Source of the DNA: Mytilus edulis
Taxonomy: Eukaryota
DNA: 64,000 nucleotides
NCBI RefSeq assembly: GCF_963676685.1
Contig: NC_092347.1
Location: 95,976,001-96,040,000, forward strand
Reading direction: 5' to 3'
Of this stretch, positions 1-13,318 are shown piece after piece. Below the pieces are notes generated by a model, which was not told the origin of the DNA, did no database searches, and saw only the letters and a program-made list of their open reading frames with translations. A program made the position numbers and the translations under genes. Numbering within the stretch: the first letter of the stretch is position 1; every line of letters starts with the position of its first letter.

Positions 1-3000
1 TGTCACATTAGTCAAGATTACAGGTCATTTAACTGTATCCTATAAACTGTCACGTTAGTCAAGATTACAGATCATTTAACTGTATCCTATAAACTGTCAC
101 ATAAGTCAAGATTACAGATCATTTAACTGTATCCTATAAACTGTCACGTTAGTCAAGATTACAGATCATTTAACTGTATCCTATAAACTGTCACATTAGT
201 CAAGATTACATGTCATTTAACTGTATCCTATAAACTGTCACATTAGTCAAGATTACAGATCATTTAACTGTATCCTATAAACTGTCACATTAGTCAAGAT
301 TACAGATCATTTAACTGTATCCTATAAACTGTCACATTAGTCAAGATTACAGAGCATTTAACTGTATCCTATAAACTGTCACATAAGTCAAGATTAAAGA
401 TCATTTAACTGTATCCTATAAACTGTCACATTAGTCAAGATTAAAGATCATTTAACTGTATCCTATAAACTGTCACATTAGTCAAGATTACAGATCATTT
501 AACTGTATCCTATAAACTGTCACATTAGTCAAGATTACAGATCATTTAACTGTATCCTATAAACTGTCACATTAGTCAAGATTACAGAGCATTTAACTGT
601 ATCCTATAAACTATCACATAAGTCAAGATTAAAGATCATTTAACTGTATCCTATAAACTGTCACATTAGTCAAGATTAAAGATCATTTAACTGTATCCTA
701 TAAACTGTCACATAAGTCAAGATTACAGGTCATTTAACTGTATCCTATAAACTGTCACATTAGTCAAGATTACAGATCATTTAACTGTATCCTATAAACT
801 GTCACATTAGTCAAGATTACAGGTCATTTAACTGTATCCTATAAACTGTCATATTAGTCAAGATTACAGATCATTTAACTGTATCCTATAAACTGTCACA
901 TTAGTCAAGATTACAGGTCATTTAACTGTATCCTATAAACTGTCACATAAGTCAAGATTACAGATCATTTAACTGTATCCTATAAACTGTCACATTAGTC
1001 AAGATTACAGGTCATTTAACTGTATCCTATAAACTGTCACGTTAGTCAAGATTACAGATCATTTAACTGTATCCTATAAACTGTCACATAAGTCAAGATT
1101 ACAGATCATTTAACTGTATCCTATAAACTGTCACATTAGTCAAGATTACAGGTCATTTAACTGTATCCTATAAACTGTCACATTAGTCAAGATTACATGT
1201 CATTTAACTGTATCCTATAAACTGTCACATTAGTCAAGATTACAGATCATTTAACTGTATCCTATAAACTGTCACATTAGTCAAGATTAAAGATCATTTA
1301 ACTGTATCCTATAAACTGTCACATTAGTCAAGATTAAAGATCATTTAACTGTATCCTATAAACTGTCACATAAGTCAAGATTACAGGTCATTTAACTGTA
1401 TCCTATAAACTGTCACATAAGTCAAGATTACAGATCATTTAACTGTATCCTATAAACTGTCACATTAGTCAAGATTACAGGTCATTTAACTGTATCCTAT
1501 AAACTGTCACATTAGTCAAGATTACAGATCATTTAACTGTATCCTATAAACTGTCACATTAGTCAAGATTACAGATCATTTAACTGTATCCTATAAACTG
1601 TCACATTAGTCAAGATTACAGAGCATTTAACTGTATCCTATAAACTGTCACATTAGTCAAGATTACAGGTCATTTAACTGTATCCTATAAACTGTCACAT
1701 TAGTCAAGATTACAGATCATTTAACTGTATCCTATAAACTGTCACATTAGTCAAGATTACAGATCATTTAACTGTATCCTATAAACTGTCACATTAGTCA
1801 AGATTACAGAGCATTTAACTGTATCCTATAAACTGTCACGTTAGTCAAGATTAAAGATCATTTAACTGTATCCTATAAACTGTCACATTAGTCAAGATTA
1901 CAGATCATTTAACTGTATCCTATAAATTGTCACATTAGTCAAGATTAAAGATCATTTAACTGTATCCTATAAACTGTCACGTTAGTCAAGATTACAGATC
2001 ATTTAACTGTATCCTATAAACTGTCACATTAGTCAAGATTACAGATCATTTAACTGTATCCTATAAACTGTCACATTAGTCAAGATTACAGGTCATTTAA
2101 CTGTATCCTATAAACTGTCACATTAGTCAAGATTACAGGTCATTTAACTGTATCCTATAAACTGTCACATTAGTCAAGATTACAGATCATTTAACTGTAT
2201 CCTATAAACTGTCACATTAGTCAAGATTACATGTCATTTAACTGTATCCTATAAACTGTCACGTTAGTCAAGATTACAGGTCATTTAACTGTATCCTATA
2301 AACTGTCACGTTAGTCAAGATTACAGAGCATTTAGCTGTATCCTATAAACTGTCACATTAGTCAAGATTACAGATCTTTTAACTGTATCCTATAAACTGT
2401 CACATTAGTCAAGATTACAGAGCATTTAACTGTATCCTATAAACTGTCACATTAGTCAAGATTACAGATCATTTAACTGTATCCTATAAACTGTCACATT
2501 AGTCAAGATTACAGGTCATTTAACTGTATCCTATAAACTGTCACGTTAGTCAAGATTACAAATCATTTAACTGTATCCTATAAACTATCACATTAGTCAA
2601 GATTAAAGATCATTTAACTGTATCCTATAAACTGTCACATTAGTTAAGATTACAGGTCATTTAACTGTATCCTATAAACTGTCACATTAGTCAAGATTAC
2701 AGATCATTTAACTGTATCCTATAAACTGTCACATTAGTCAAGATTAAAGATCATTTAACTGTATCCTATAAACTGTCACATTAGTCAAGATTACAGATCA
2801 TTTAACTGTATCCTATAAACTGTCACGTTAGTCAAGATTACAGAGCATTTAACTGTATCCTATAAACTGTCACATAAGTCAAGATTACATGTCATTTAAC
2901 TGTATCCTATAAACTGTCACATTAGTCAAGATTACAGGTCATTTAACTGTATCCTATAAACTGTCACATTAGTCAAGATTAAAGATCATTTAACTGTATC

Positions 3001-3090
3001 CTATAAACTGTCACATTAGTCAAGATTAAAGATCATTTAACTGTATCCTATAAACTGTCACATAAGTCAAGATTACAGATCATTTAACTG
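1..3090. repeat. 47-bp tandem satellite/minisatellite, about 66 copies, extending beyond the window start
   Basis: Unit TGTCACATTAGTCAAGATTACAGATCATTTAACTGTATCCTATAAAC recurs every 47 nt with few variant positions; ends abruptly at about 3090. Confidence 0.97.
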
Positions 3091-3490
3091 ATCAAGTATT
3101 GACCATATCCAACTGTTTGATGTAACTGACAAGTTGACAACGTCACATATGAATAAAATGCATTATGGAACCAAATGATAAAATAAAAGATAGTTGAAAA
3201 ACACTGTACATATATAAGATATCAGCTTAGAAAAATGTTGTTTTACAAATATAGCAATAGCAAATATGGCAGTTGCATATATGTATTCATATTTAAGAGA
3301 AATTTGAAATTTGTGTCACTTGCAAGTTTACATCTTTTTCTTAGCTGGTTTCGAATTCTTGCTTTGGAGACATTAACAAGGAAATGTGGGGTTTACATTA
3401 ATGAGACATTTAAATAAAGGGTCGAATTAAAATAATTGGTCAATATATATACAGTACCATACGTTTACATAAGGTCAAGATATTATATAG

Positions 3491-3833
3491 TATTTAGTAC
3501 CCTAGAAAACATATTGATTCCAGATTATATACTATTTAGTACCCTAGAAAACATATTGATTCCAGATTATATACTATTTAGTACCCTAGAAAACATATTG
3601 ATTCCAGATTATATACTATTTAGTACCCTAGAAAACATATTGATTCCAGATTATATACTATTTAGTACCCTAGAAAACATATTGATTCCAGATTATATAC
3701 TATTTAGTACCCTAGAAAACATATTGATTCCAGATTATATACTATTTAGTACCCTAGAAAACATATTGATTCCAGATTACATACTATTTAGTACCCTAGA
3801 AAACATATTGATTCCAGATTATATACTATTTAG
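3491..3833. repeat. 42-bp tandem repeat, about 8 near-identical copies
   Basis: Unit AGTACCCTAGAAAACATATTGATTCCAGATTATATACTATTT; explains the STLENILIPDYILF pseudo-ORF. Confidence 0.95.
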
Positions 3834-4130
3834 ATTATTATTTGTAACTAATAATAGGGAATATTGTATTTTTCTACTTTTAGACAAATAGTACAACCTT
3901 TAAGTATAACGAGTACATTACGAAGATAGAAGAATAGGACAGTCAGGATCTGTCCAAAAACCAGACCAATAAGATGTATAGATATATAACCAGACCAATA
4001 AGATGTATAGATATATAACATTTACAAACTGTTGTTTAGTTAAATAACAATCAATGTATATTAAGTGTATGTTAACTTCGAGAAGTATAGACAAATTTTA
4101 TATGTTTTTCATTATATATCCTCATACCAT

Positions 4131-4228
4131 ATAGATATAAGAAGATTTGGTATGAGCGCCAATGAGTCAACTCTCCATCCAAGTCACAATTTGTATTTAT
4201 ATAAGTAAACCATTATAGGTCAAAGTAC
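4131..4228 (-). mobile_element. Fragment of an abundant dispersed repeat family ending ...GGAGAGTTGTCTCATTGGCA..CCACATCTTCCTATATCTAT
   Basis: Reverse complement matches copies at about 4610-4664, 23930-24014, 32170-32238 and 45673-45766. Confidence 0.75.
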
Positions 4229-4299
4229 CAGATTTTGTTAAAAATAAGTATTTCACTCGTTGAATGAAAATTGAAAAAAAATGCAAGTACTATGTTTTT

Positions 4300-4664
4300 T
4301 GAGTTAAGTCATTCCAATTGATATTTTATAGTGTGTCTTTCTATGTTAATGCTATACTATTGTTTCAAAAAAGAGAGAAGGTTTGGTACCATTAAACGTT
4401 TAAACCCGCTGCAATTTTTTGCACCTATCCTAAGTCAGGAATCTGATGTTCAGTGGTTGTCGTCTGTTTATGTGGTTCATGTAAGCGTTTCTCGTTTTTC
4501 GTTTTTATATAGATTAGACCGTTGGTTTTCCCGTTTGAATGGTTTTTATGGAAATTTTTGGGGCCCTTTATAGTTTTTGCTGTTCGGTGTGAGCCAAAAG
4601 TTTTCTTTTATAAATTGTTACTTGGATGGAGAGTTGTCTCATTGCCACATCTTCCTATATCTAT
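4300..4664 (+). mobile_element. Longer copy of the same dispersed repeat family (class unresolved, SINE-like)
   Basis: Shares GTTGGTTTTCCCGTTTGAATGG..GGGCCCTTTATAG..GTGAGCCAA and the fixed terminus with 23828-24014; carries the TTTAAACCCGC..AAGTCAGGA core. Confidence 0.75.
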
Positions 4665-5210
4665 CTCTTTTATTTTCGGAAATATCACTGAATGAATTCC
4701 TTCAAACGTGATGCACTTTAGTATGAATGGGTCAATTATCAAATTAAAAAAAAAACTTAAAGGTAGAATGAATTTCAGTTTTGCATTTCTTTTCTTCTCC
4801 CGTTCCATCATTAAAACCCTTGATACAGTGGGGCGTCCGTTCGGCTGTGTTGAATCTTTAAATACACAGCCATGTTAAAAACAACCTTGAAGCAACTATA
4901 AGGGTCTGTAAACAGCATATATTCTTGCAACTGGTGCAAAAATACTCGCCAGAGAGTTGTTGCAATTGTTCTTTAACGCACAGGGGTAACTTGAGGCACT
5001 CTCTCTACACGAGGAATCTATATTATCGATCAAACGTGGTTGCGTACTTACTTATCCTGCACGTCAAAATGGGCGATGCTGCGTATATACATTCTGCGTA
5101 ACCAAAGCAGAACCTGCTCTAGATCATGGGTTTATAGCCGGAGGGGAGAAGTCCAGGATTTACCCTACTAACCATTGATGTTGCAAAATCATGATTTAAT
5201 ATATACAAAA

Positions 5211-5329
5211 CAGGAGTGGATCCAGCCCAGGACAAAAAGCGGGGGTCCAACCCAAATATAAGTCCCCATTCAAATGCATTGATCGGCATAAAAAGGGGGG
5301 GTTCCAACGGGTCCCTGGATCCGCCACTG
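5211..5329. mobile_element. MITE with CAG...CTG termini and 5-bp TSD (hAT5-like)
   Basis: TIR CAGGAGTGGATCCAG / CTGGATCCGCCACTG; CAAAA duplicated at 5206-5210 and 5330-5334. Confidence 0.8.
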
Positions 5330-6545
5330 CAAAATAATCTTCCGTCATTTGACAGTGGATATTTGCTGAGTTCAGTGGCATATGAATACATTGAAAAAGA
5401 TTGGAGCAGTTTTCCGAAAGTGACAAGCGGAAAACACATTTTATAATCTAATAATCTAGAAATAAGTAAGTGTCATCTTTCATTTTTTTTTATAAACAAA
5501 AACCCCTTGACTCCAGTTTCGGTTTCTCTATCTTCCTCTCGGTTCCTACGCCCCTGGTATTTATAAATGCTTCCATTATTTTGTAAACTCTTATTTCAAG
5601 TGTGATATTGATTCCAGTCTGATTATAAACAACCATCACTTTCCACTTGCGTTTGTAGGCAAGGATATTTTTACAGGACAAAAACGTTAAGAAAATCCAT
5701 GTTACAAAAGTTATTGTCATCACGCTATATATATATACCGGGAGTAAGCATTAAAAGACATGAACTCCATTAATGTCAAACATTGATATCATTGTTTAAA
5801 TTAATCTAAACTGTTGATTTGGGTTTTTTTTTAATTTGCAATATGACAAGTTGTTGCGATACTATTAAGTATTATTTCTATACACAGTATATTGGTCAAT
5901 AGTTCCTTTTTAAAAACTGTTTTTATTGCTGATATCTTAAAACATTATGTTTACACAAAAATATAATTTTAACTAAGTTCAATGTTCTTTATTGTATGAA
6001 TACTTTTTTTTTTAATAAATTTCATTTCATTGGCATTTTGATTAAAGTGTTATTGCAGCGTAGAATTTTGGTCCTTTATTCCAATACTTTCTCCAAATCA
6101 AACTTTTTCGTGTATACGATATGTTTGAAGTCGCAGATTTCAAAATGATCAATTTTTTTTTATGAAGCAGAAATTTTTATTACAAAAATTTCATTAAAAT
6201 TGTTTTAATGGGGAAAGGAATGACTATTCTTTATTTCTTTTAATTGATATATATCAGTGCATAAATTTTATATATATTCATTGCAAACTTACCCAGTAAG
6301 AAAACTACCAAAAGCCTCATATTCTCTCATCGGCATATAAAAGACAGATCGCCACTTATGTCATAACAATTTTTCTAATAATTGATTGATCTGAATCGTG
6401 GGTTTGCGTTCTTAAGTTTGCCTATGTCAATGTTTAGAGTATATATGTAATATTTATTCTCAGATGTTTAAATAATAGTTGTGAAGTAGCAGGTGGTAGA
6501 AACAGTATGTATAGTACAAACGGCGGACGCTGGTTTTCGATTTTA

Positions 6546-7930
6546 AGTTAAGTAACTAATTTAACTAACTAATTTTATTCAGTATAAAATAAAGTACAAA
6601 AGGATCATCGCTGAAACACATGAACACATATAAAAAACATATACAAAACAAAACAACAATAAAACATAACAGCCAACAATTTTGACACTTATAACAAGCA
6701 AGAGACAAAACTCACACTTCAATATTATGCAATTATTCCCAATGATGAATGTCTAATCAAAATACATTTGTCTATATATATAAGAAATCTGGTGAGAACA
6801 TCAGTCTCCGAACAGTTCATTAAATATTTAAATTTATCAAAATTATCTAAATTACAAAAACATGGTATAATATTAACAATGTCATCATAAAACTTTTCTG
6901 TCTCGTCTTGATAGAGGTTGCATTCACATATAAAATGAAACTCATCTTCAATTTTGTTATCAATACAATGTTTACATATTCTTTGATCCAAAGGCGTATT
7001 ATTATATCTGCCTTTTTCAATGTGTAAATTGTGGTTAGAAATTCTTAATTTACATAATTGTCTAATATATTGTTTTGAGATATTTAACTTTGTATAAGTC
7101 TCAGGTTTATATTCCTTTTTTAACTTGTAATATGTGCGTAGTTTATTTTGCTTTTCACCTGACAAACATGAGAAAAAAAAATTGCCATATCTTTCTTGTA
7201 ATATCTTTTTCACTGCAGATACGAGTTTTCCTTCTGACATACTATGATAGTTCCTTTATTATTCCAAACATGGTCAAAACGAGTGAATTTTAGAAACTGA
7301 AAAATGTGTTTATTGAAGGTACATGGAAAGGTACAATCAACATCTTCGATTGACTTATATGCTAATTTTGAAAAATTCAAAAGAGGGTCTTTATACAAAT
7401 ATAGCCAGTATTTAAGAGACTGCAAAATAACAAATATAGAGATTGGATAACGACCAAGTTCTGCCATACTGGCAGTATTAGAAGCATATTTAGTGGCACC
7501 AAGTACACAAATACAATTCAACATATTCACACTAGAATGTTTAAGCATCTCATTACTTATACAGTCAAAACCTACACTTGTGTTATTCTTTAAACTTTTT
7601 ATAGCTTTCAGCACTTCCTGCATATTTATATCATAATCAAGAAAAACATTATACTTTGTAGGAAAATCATCCTGTTCATTACTACAATCTACATTTAATA
7701 GTTTATTAAAATAATTATACCATTCATCAGAGGGAATATTGGAACTCTGATCACTGATGTCCTTGTCAGAATATCTAAATTTATTAATAATATCCCAATA
7801 AGCTTTGGGGTTTTTGTCTTCTAATTCCAGCAAGGAATCAAGCATCTTTGCTTTATACTGTCGGTTTTTTTTCGTACTAGTTTTTTGAACTGCTTTTTTA
7901 GCCCATAATAATTCTTCACCTTTCTTCATT
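6546..7930 (-). mobile_element. Degenerate non-LTR retrotransposon ORF2 with the RT core deleted, C-terminal CCHC domain and 3' tail
   Basis: ORFs 7210-7929 and 6725-7240 give the pre-RT motif AIKSLKNNTSVGFDCISNEMLK, post-RT ELGRYP, and KLRISNHNLHIEKGRY..RICKHC..IEDEFHFICEC; frameshifted; AATAAA plus a (TTAG)n-like tail near 6550-6580. Confidence 0.85.
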
Positions 7931-8185
7931 TACAGAACCCTTAGAGAGTGAGCGAGAAGATTGGATTAAATTACGATACATTGATTCGCACTCACTGTCA
8001 AACCCTAAACTAGATTTCTTTCGTTTACGTTTTTTAAAATTTAATTAAACCATATTAAAAGTGATTGTTCATATGACGTCCGCTGTGGAAGTAAAACAAA
8101 CAAGAATTAATCAATTATAAGACGTCTTTGGGTCAAATTCTGGAGGTTAAATAGTTCATTTGGAAAATCTTAACTTGTCTTGTTA

Positions 8186-8408
8186 GGGACGACATCAAAA
8201 GTTCAATGAAGGATAAAAAAAACTTAATTCAAATAGTTTTTTCACTGACCCCCCTACCCCCCTATTAACTTAATTTGGGAAAAATTGATTGACTCATATG
8301 GATATATGTAAAAATCAATGTCGGATAACCAAATCTTGCAGCAGTTCAACCCCCCCAAACTATTTGAATTAAGTTTTTTATCTTACATTGATCTTTTGAT
8401 GTCGTCCC
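8186..8408. mobile_element. PIF/Harbinger (Tourist-like) MITE
   Basis: About 55-bp imperfect TIRs starting GGGACGACATCAAAAG; TTA duplicated on both sides. Confidence 0.85.
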
Positions 8409-9683
8409 TTACAAAGTTGGCATATATTTCATGTAACATTCAACTATTTTTCTCTGTCGTCATGTTATTCAGTATAATAACTCCAAAAAATAGAACACAA
8501 TGTAACAATTAAGCATCTTTGATGATTGTTTTTTTTCTTCAAAAAATAATAAAGTGTATTGAATATACTTTGGGAAGGGGATATTGAATGACCTCGGATT
8601 CGGGGTCATCGTCCGAGTTTGCACCTAATTGAAATGCTAAGAAAATCCAGTTTTCTGGTGTGCTTGGAGAGCTTGACATTGTGCAATAAATGAAGTTATT
8701 GCGGCCAATTTATCTTGATTCAATTCCCACTAAAATAAGTTTGCGTTGAGTTAAATATGTTTTAAGAATTAAGAAAAAAATCCTGGTCAATGTCAAACTC
8801 CGAAACAGTGGTGACATCTGGCTACGTTTCTTTACAGTTTGAATGATATTTTATTTTATTTTTTTAAAGGCAGGGAAGAGTTTTCATTAAATTTTGGCTT
8901 TATATTCGTGTGATTTTATCGGTATCATTTATTTTCACAGTTAATTACCAGTTGCAGACGATTTGTTTACTCTGTAAATCACATTGTCATGTGAACCCCA
9001 GGGATGATTGAAACTTGATATTTTACCACCAGTATAACTACGCTGCACCTATCTCACATGTATATCTTATTCCTGGAAAATCCAACACGAGACGTATGTA
9101 AGTTGATTATTTAAAGATATTTTACAATATTTGAAATTTGAATATTAATTTATAAACTTGTTATCTTGAAAATGTCCATAAACTCAATATATAATTTTTA
9201 AATGCTTTTCGGTACATCATCGTGTAGTTGTCAGTGTATAATTAATTGATTATGATCTAAAATAAGAAGATGCCATTGTGGTACGAATGCCATAGCATGG
9301 AATGAAATTAAGTTAATATATCGGACAATATATAATTCTATGGTTTTATATGCTCAAAGGTAAACATGTTTTCGTTCTCTTTGATTTTACCGTGTATGAT
9401 ATCCTCGAAGAAGATCAAAGAAGTCCATTTTGTCTATTATGTTATTTGCCGCCATATTTTATCTTCAAGTTTATCTTTTCAAAATCTTAACACTGACATA
9501 TTCTTAATTTCCTGAATATCTGGCTTATACAAGATCGTTTTATGGATTATGTTCCATGTCAAAATATGTGTACCAAAGCCATTCAAAAGGGGGAATTATA
9601 ACTTGTTTTGAGACAGCAACCTAACGGTCCATTGTAATCCGACTAGACTTGGGTTTCCCGAAGAATGGGGAAAAATACTAGAG

Positions 9684-9866
9684 GGACGTTTCAACTCATA
9701 AGTCGAAAATAATCAGACAACGCCATGACTAAGAACGAAAAAGACCAACAGACAAACAAGGGTACACAAAACACAACATAGAAAACTAAAGACTGAGCCA
9801 CTAACCCCACCAAAAACTTAGGGTGATATCAGGTGCTCCAGAAGGGTAAGCAGATTCCGATGCACT
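9684..9866 (-). mobile_element. Dispersed repeat fragment, probably the 3' non-coding part of a Penelope-like element
   Basis: Reverse complement reads ATCTGCTTACCCTTCTGGAGCACCTGATATCACCC followed by a T/G-rich tail, recalled as following bivalve PLE RTs; not verifiable here. Confidence 0.45.
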
Positions 9867-9933
9867 GCAGGGGATTTATCGGGAGTGTATAATAGACCTT
9901 TACATACCATTCCCGATCCATAGGCATAGACCG

Positions 9934-10029
9934 CACAGTAGTACTCGGCCACGGACTTAATTCCACAGTAGTACTCGGTCACGGACTTAATTCCATAGTA
10001 GTACTCGGTCACGGACTTAATTCCACAGT
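9934..10029. repeat. 30-bp tandem repeat, about 3 copies
   Basis: CCACAGTAGTACTCGGTCACGGACTTAATT repeated with period 30. Confidence 0.9.
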
Positions 10030-11038
10030 TTTTGTATTAATTTCGTATTCATTTCTTACAAAACTTTAAATCCGTTTCTGTGTTTCAGCATCCGCGACAG
10101 TATTTATTTTTATTTTACACGCATCTTCCGAAATTCTTCATTTAAAGATATTTTTAAAAAGGTTTTTACCTGATAACCTAATGTTCCTGTACATAAACAT
10201 GATGCAAGCGAATTTATCACATATCATCGTAATTATAGAATGGTATGAAGAGCTATAATTCTGTCATCGCATGGTGATACGCAGTGTTGAAAGATAATAT
10301 TAAACATGGTAGAGGTAAAGGACAAATTTTTTTTAAATCTGGAAAGTGTTTCAAATAATTTATCTAGATATAAAATTTCGTATATTCTTTTAATTATGAA
10401 AACGGTAACGTAGATATATAAAACAAATATGCTATTTTATATAAATCTGTCAATGCTTAATGATTCAGTGACAGATATTAGTTAGCACAAGATGTATAAA
10501 AACAAGCGAGTGTGTAAATGTAACACAAATGAGGCTGGTATGCACAGTTTCTGGTAACGAGGCTGGTATGCACAGTTTCTGGTAACCATGCAATCGGAGA
10601 CACCTGTGTCACAAAAGCGCGGACTTAAATCATCATCTCGAAATCATAAGCGCGTTCAACAAATGCTACTACTAATATTTTATTAGTATTTTTAAACTTT
10701 TCAATATATACAATATAAATTGTATAGACGGTTCTTAAAAGTTATTCATGTATGCATTGACCCAGAGTTCAATTTTCAAAAATGAGGCTAAGCTAGGCAC
10801 CAGTATTATAAATAATGGCTTCTCCAGCATCATCAACAAGTAAACAATATACAGCATACCCATATTCAAAATCTTATTCAGAGAAAATCAGAAAAAACCA
10901 AGATTTGAAATAAGAAGATATTGTCTGAACTTGTGCACAAGAGACCAAATGACCTAAATTTAAGTCATCATGCGGCCTTCCGCAATGAGAAAACCAATAC
11001 TGAATAATACTCTATAATATTCCCGACATAACAGTTAA

Positions 11039-11652
11039 GGGCATGCGATACAGTTTTGATCCCATATTGAAATTTTGCTGACAATTTGCATATAAGCTAT
11101 TTTTTGCCTGATTAAATAAAAAATGTTATAAGAAAATATACCTTCATGTGCTACTTTTTGAGTAAAATGAGGTCCAAATTTTATATATTAATTTTGCTCA
11201 AAATTCGGATTTGTGGACGATTGTTTCCTTTCGGTAGAAATACATAACTCTTTTGTTTTAAAAGATAAACACAAGCTGTTTTTGTTAAATTATTTGTAAA
11301 TTCTGTTTTACATAAATATCCTTTCAATTTGTGCAATTTGTTTTTCAAATAACTCATATTTATCAAATGTACACGAATATAGTAAAAAACGTCAATTTTT
11401 TTGGCTGCATATTTATCAAATTAAAAAAAAAATTGCACTATTTACGTTTTCATGAATATTAGCACACATAATCTTCTTACGTAATGAAACCAAATGGCAT
11501 TTTAAAACAGAGGGGCCATGAACTCGTTTTCAAGTTAGATAAGTTTGAATGATATAAATCCGTCGAAAACTGAATCTTGATAAGTCATAGTTTACCGTCG
11601 CAAAATAACAATTTACGTTAGCAACGTCATTACCTCCGCTGTAACTGTATCG
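11039..11652. mobile_element. Probable non-autonomous TIR element (TTAA-flanked, Kolobok-like), right end eroded
   Basis: TTAA|GGGCATGCGATACAGTT at left; partial inverted match AACTGTATCG at about 11643-11652. Confidence 0.4.
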
Positions 11653-12267
11653 AATAAAATCAGAAAAATATCTTCTTGTCGAAATGAACATAGAATAGAA
11701 AAATACCCAGTAAATTGTAACAGTGACATATCCATTCTTATTTCAATGATGAGAATTTATAAAGATAAGAATTTGCATGTTCAGAATTTAGTGGTAACAA
11801 CAGAGCAGTTACTGTAGTTCAGAAAAGTAATTAATTGTAATTAATTGTTTAGTTCACATGTTAATGACCACTATTTGAGACATTTAGCATTCTTATATAA
11901 ATACATCCTATCAATCAGCATCTCCATTTGGTAATTAAAAGGTCAAAGGGTTTGGGGTACTAATGATTAATTTAGAATATTAGGTAATAGGCTACACAGT
12001 TATAGGGCGAACGTCAGATTTTGACTTTTGGAAATAACCAATTAACAGCTTATTGTTAAATCATTTATCCAAAAACTTGTTTATTTGTCTTCACAGCAGG
12101 AAATCTTCTGATGACCACAATATTTTAGATGACTGACCAGAAATTACTACATGTGAAAAATACCACGTGCATGCATAAATATTAATTGCACTGGTGATTT
12201 CGATCTTTCCCTTTTCTTTTCAAAATTCAGGACATGGCAGTAACAGCTTGACAATGTTACCTTCAAG

Positions 12268-12301
12268 CAAGGAATTGTATATTTAAATATACAATTCCTT
12301 G
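12268..12301. mobile_element. 34-bp perfect palindrome with 7-bp TSD (P-element-type footprint or micro-element), copy 1
   Basis: CAAGGAATTGTATATTT|AAATATACAATTCCTTG flanked by CTTCAAG at 12261-12267 and 12302-12308. Confidence 0.85.
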
Positions 12302-12372
12302 CTTCAAGCTTTCGATATTCTGGCCTTTAGCTGTTTCTCTTTTGTTTACTTTTTTTGAGTCACTGTCCAATT

Positions 12373-12540
12373 AAAAACTTTGACATTTTCGAAATCAAAG
12401 GTTTTCTACCCAAGAAATATCTTACTTAACTTCGTACTTTATTCGGCCTGTTTAACTGGTTTTTTTTTATTCGAACGAAGATTCTTTGTAGACTTAACTC
12501 GCGTCTGGCGTACACCATTTTAATCCAGGTATATTTTGTA
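12373..12540 (+). mobile_element. Highly decayed retrozyme-like monomer (hammerhead core partly deleted)
   Basis: Colinear with 13722-13915 (AAAACTTTGA.., ATTCGA.., TTTGTAGACT.A.C..GCG); retains CGCGTCTGGCGTAC downstream of the expected cleavage site. Confidence 0.5.
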
Positions 12541-12589
12541 TATCTACATATACTATTGTATTTTTGATATAAATTGGTTCTTTTGAGAG

Positions 12590-12709
12590 CAGAGGCGGAT
12601 TTTGAGGGGGCAAGGGCCGCCCCCCTTTTCTGGGGAAAATTTGGTTGATTATATAGGAAATCCCTGAAACATGACTGGAGCGGACCCCCTCTTAGGCAGT
12701 CAGTGGGCC
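12590..12709. mobile_element. Truncated copy of the CAGAGGCGGATTT MITE family
   Basis: Colinear with 34654-34780; right TIR missing. An orphan right end of the family lies at about 13125-13170. Confidence 0.75.
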
Positions 12710-13228
12710 AAAAACAAGTTTCACTGAAGAATATTTGGATCGATTTTAAAGTAAAATCAGGAAATCCTTAATATTTGAGATGTTTTATGAGACCAAACTT
12801 AGTCTCTATAAAAACACATGGATTCACATCGCATAGAAATTGAACTTTAAATTTATCATAGCTTTAAAACTTCTACCACGAGGGCAGACTGCTTTAATAA
12901 AAAGGTTGAGAAAATGTAGGCATCCATGCAGGAAACAAAATATAAAGATAAAATAAATGCATCCAGATTATAAAGAAAACTGCGTGCTTTAATTTATATT
13001 GCGATTGGTTTGTGCAATTTGCATTAGTCATCCGGTTTGTAGATACTGGGATTATAAAGGGTTATAAAAAAATATAAAAAATATGTACATTCTCAAGTAA
13101 ATTACAAATAAATGAAATAGTCTCCCCCCCCCCCCTCCCCCCTTTGTGAAAAGTTCTGGATCCGCCCCTGTCATCCAACATTGCTTTCTATATATATTGA
13201 CTTGTGCAAGAAGTTTAATATTGGTGTT

Positions 13229-13318
13229 TGGCGAGGGAAGAACAAAAAATTTGCGAAAGCAAATTTACAGATCTAACATTGTTGGGTTGGTGTTTAGACG
13301 AGTTGTATATATATATAT
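13229..13318 (+). mobile_element. Fragment of tRNA-derived repeat ending in (TA)n
   Basis: Reverse complement of 32329-32407 (GGCGAGGGAAGAAC..GCAAATTTACAGATCTAACATTGTTGGGTTG..TTAGACGAGTTG). Confidence 0.8.

Noticed and set aside
1-3090. CRISPR array or telomeric repeat
   Set aside because: No unique spacers or cas genes, eukaryotic context, and no TTAGGG units.
3436-3891. 151-aa ORF with STLENILIPDYILF repeats
   Set aside because: Product of a 42-bp near-identical tandem repeat; non-ATG start; no synonymous divergence.
10531-10587. Short two-copy duplications (also 3959-4018, 17637-17718, 59614-59703)
   Set aside because: Ordinary slippage duplications without further structure.
12590-13170. 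One large MITE spanning the left end at 12590 and the right end at 13170
   Set aside because: The flanking 5-mers (GAGAG vs TCATC) do not match, unlike other family members; treated as two fragments.
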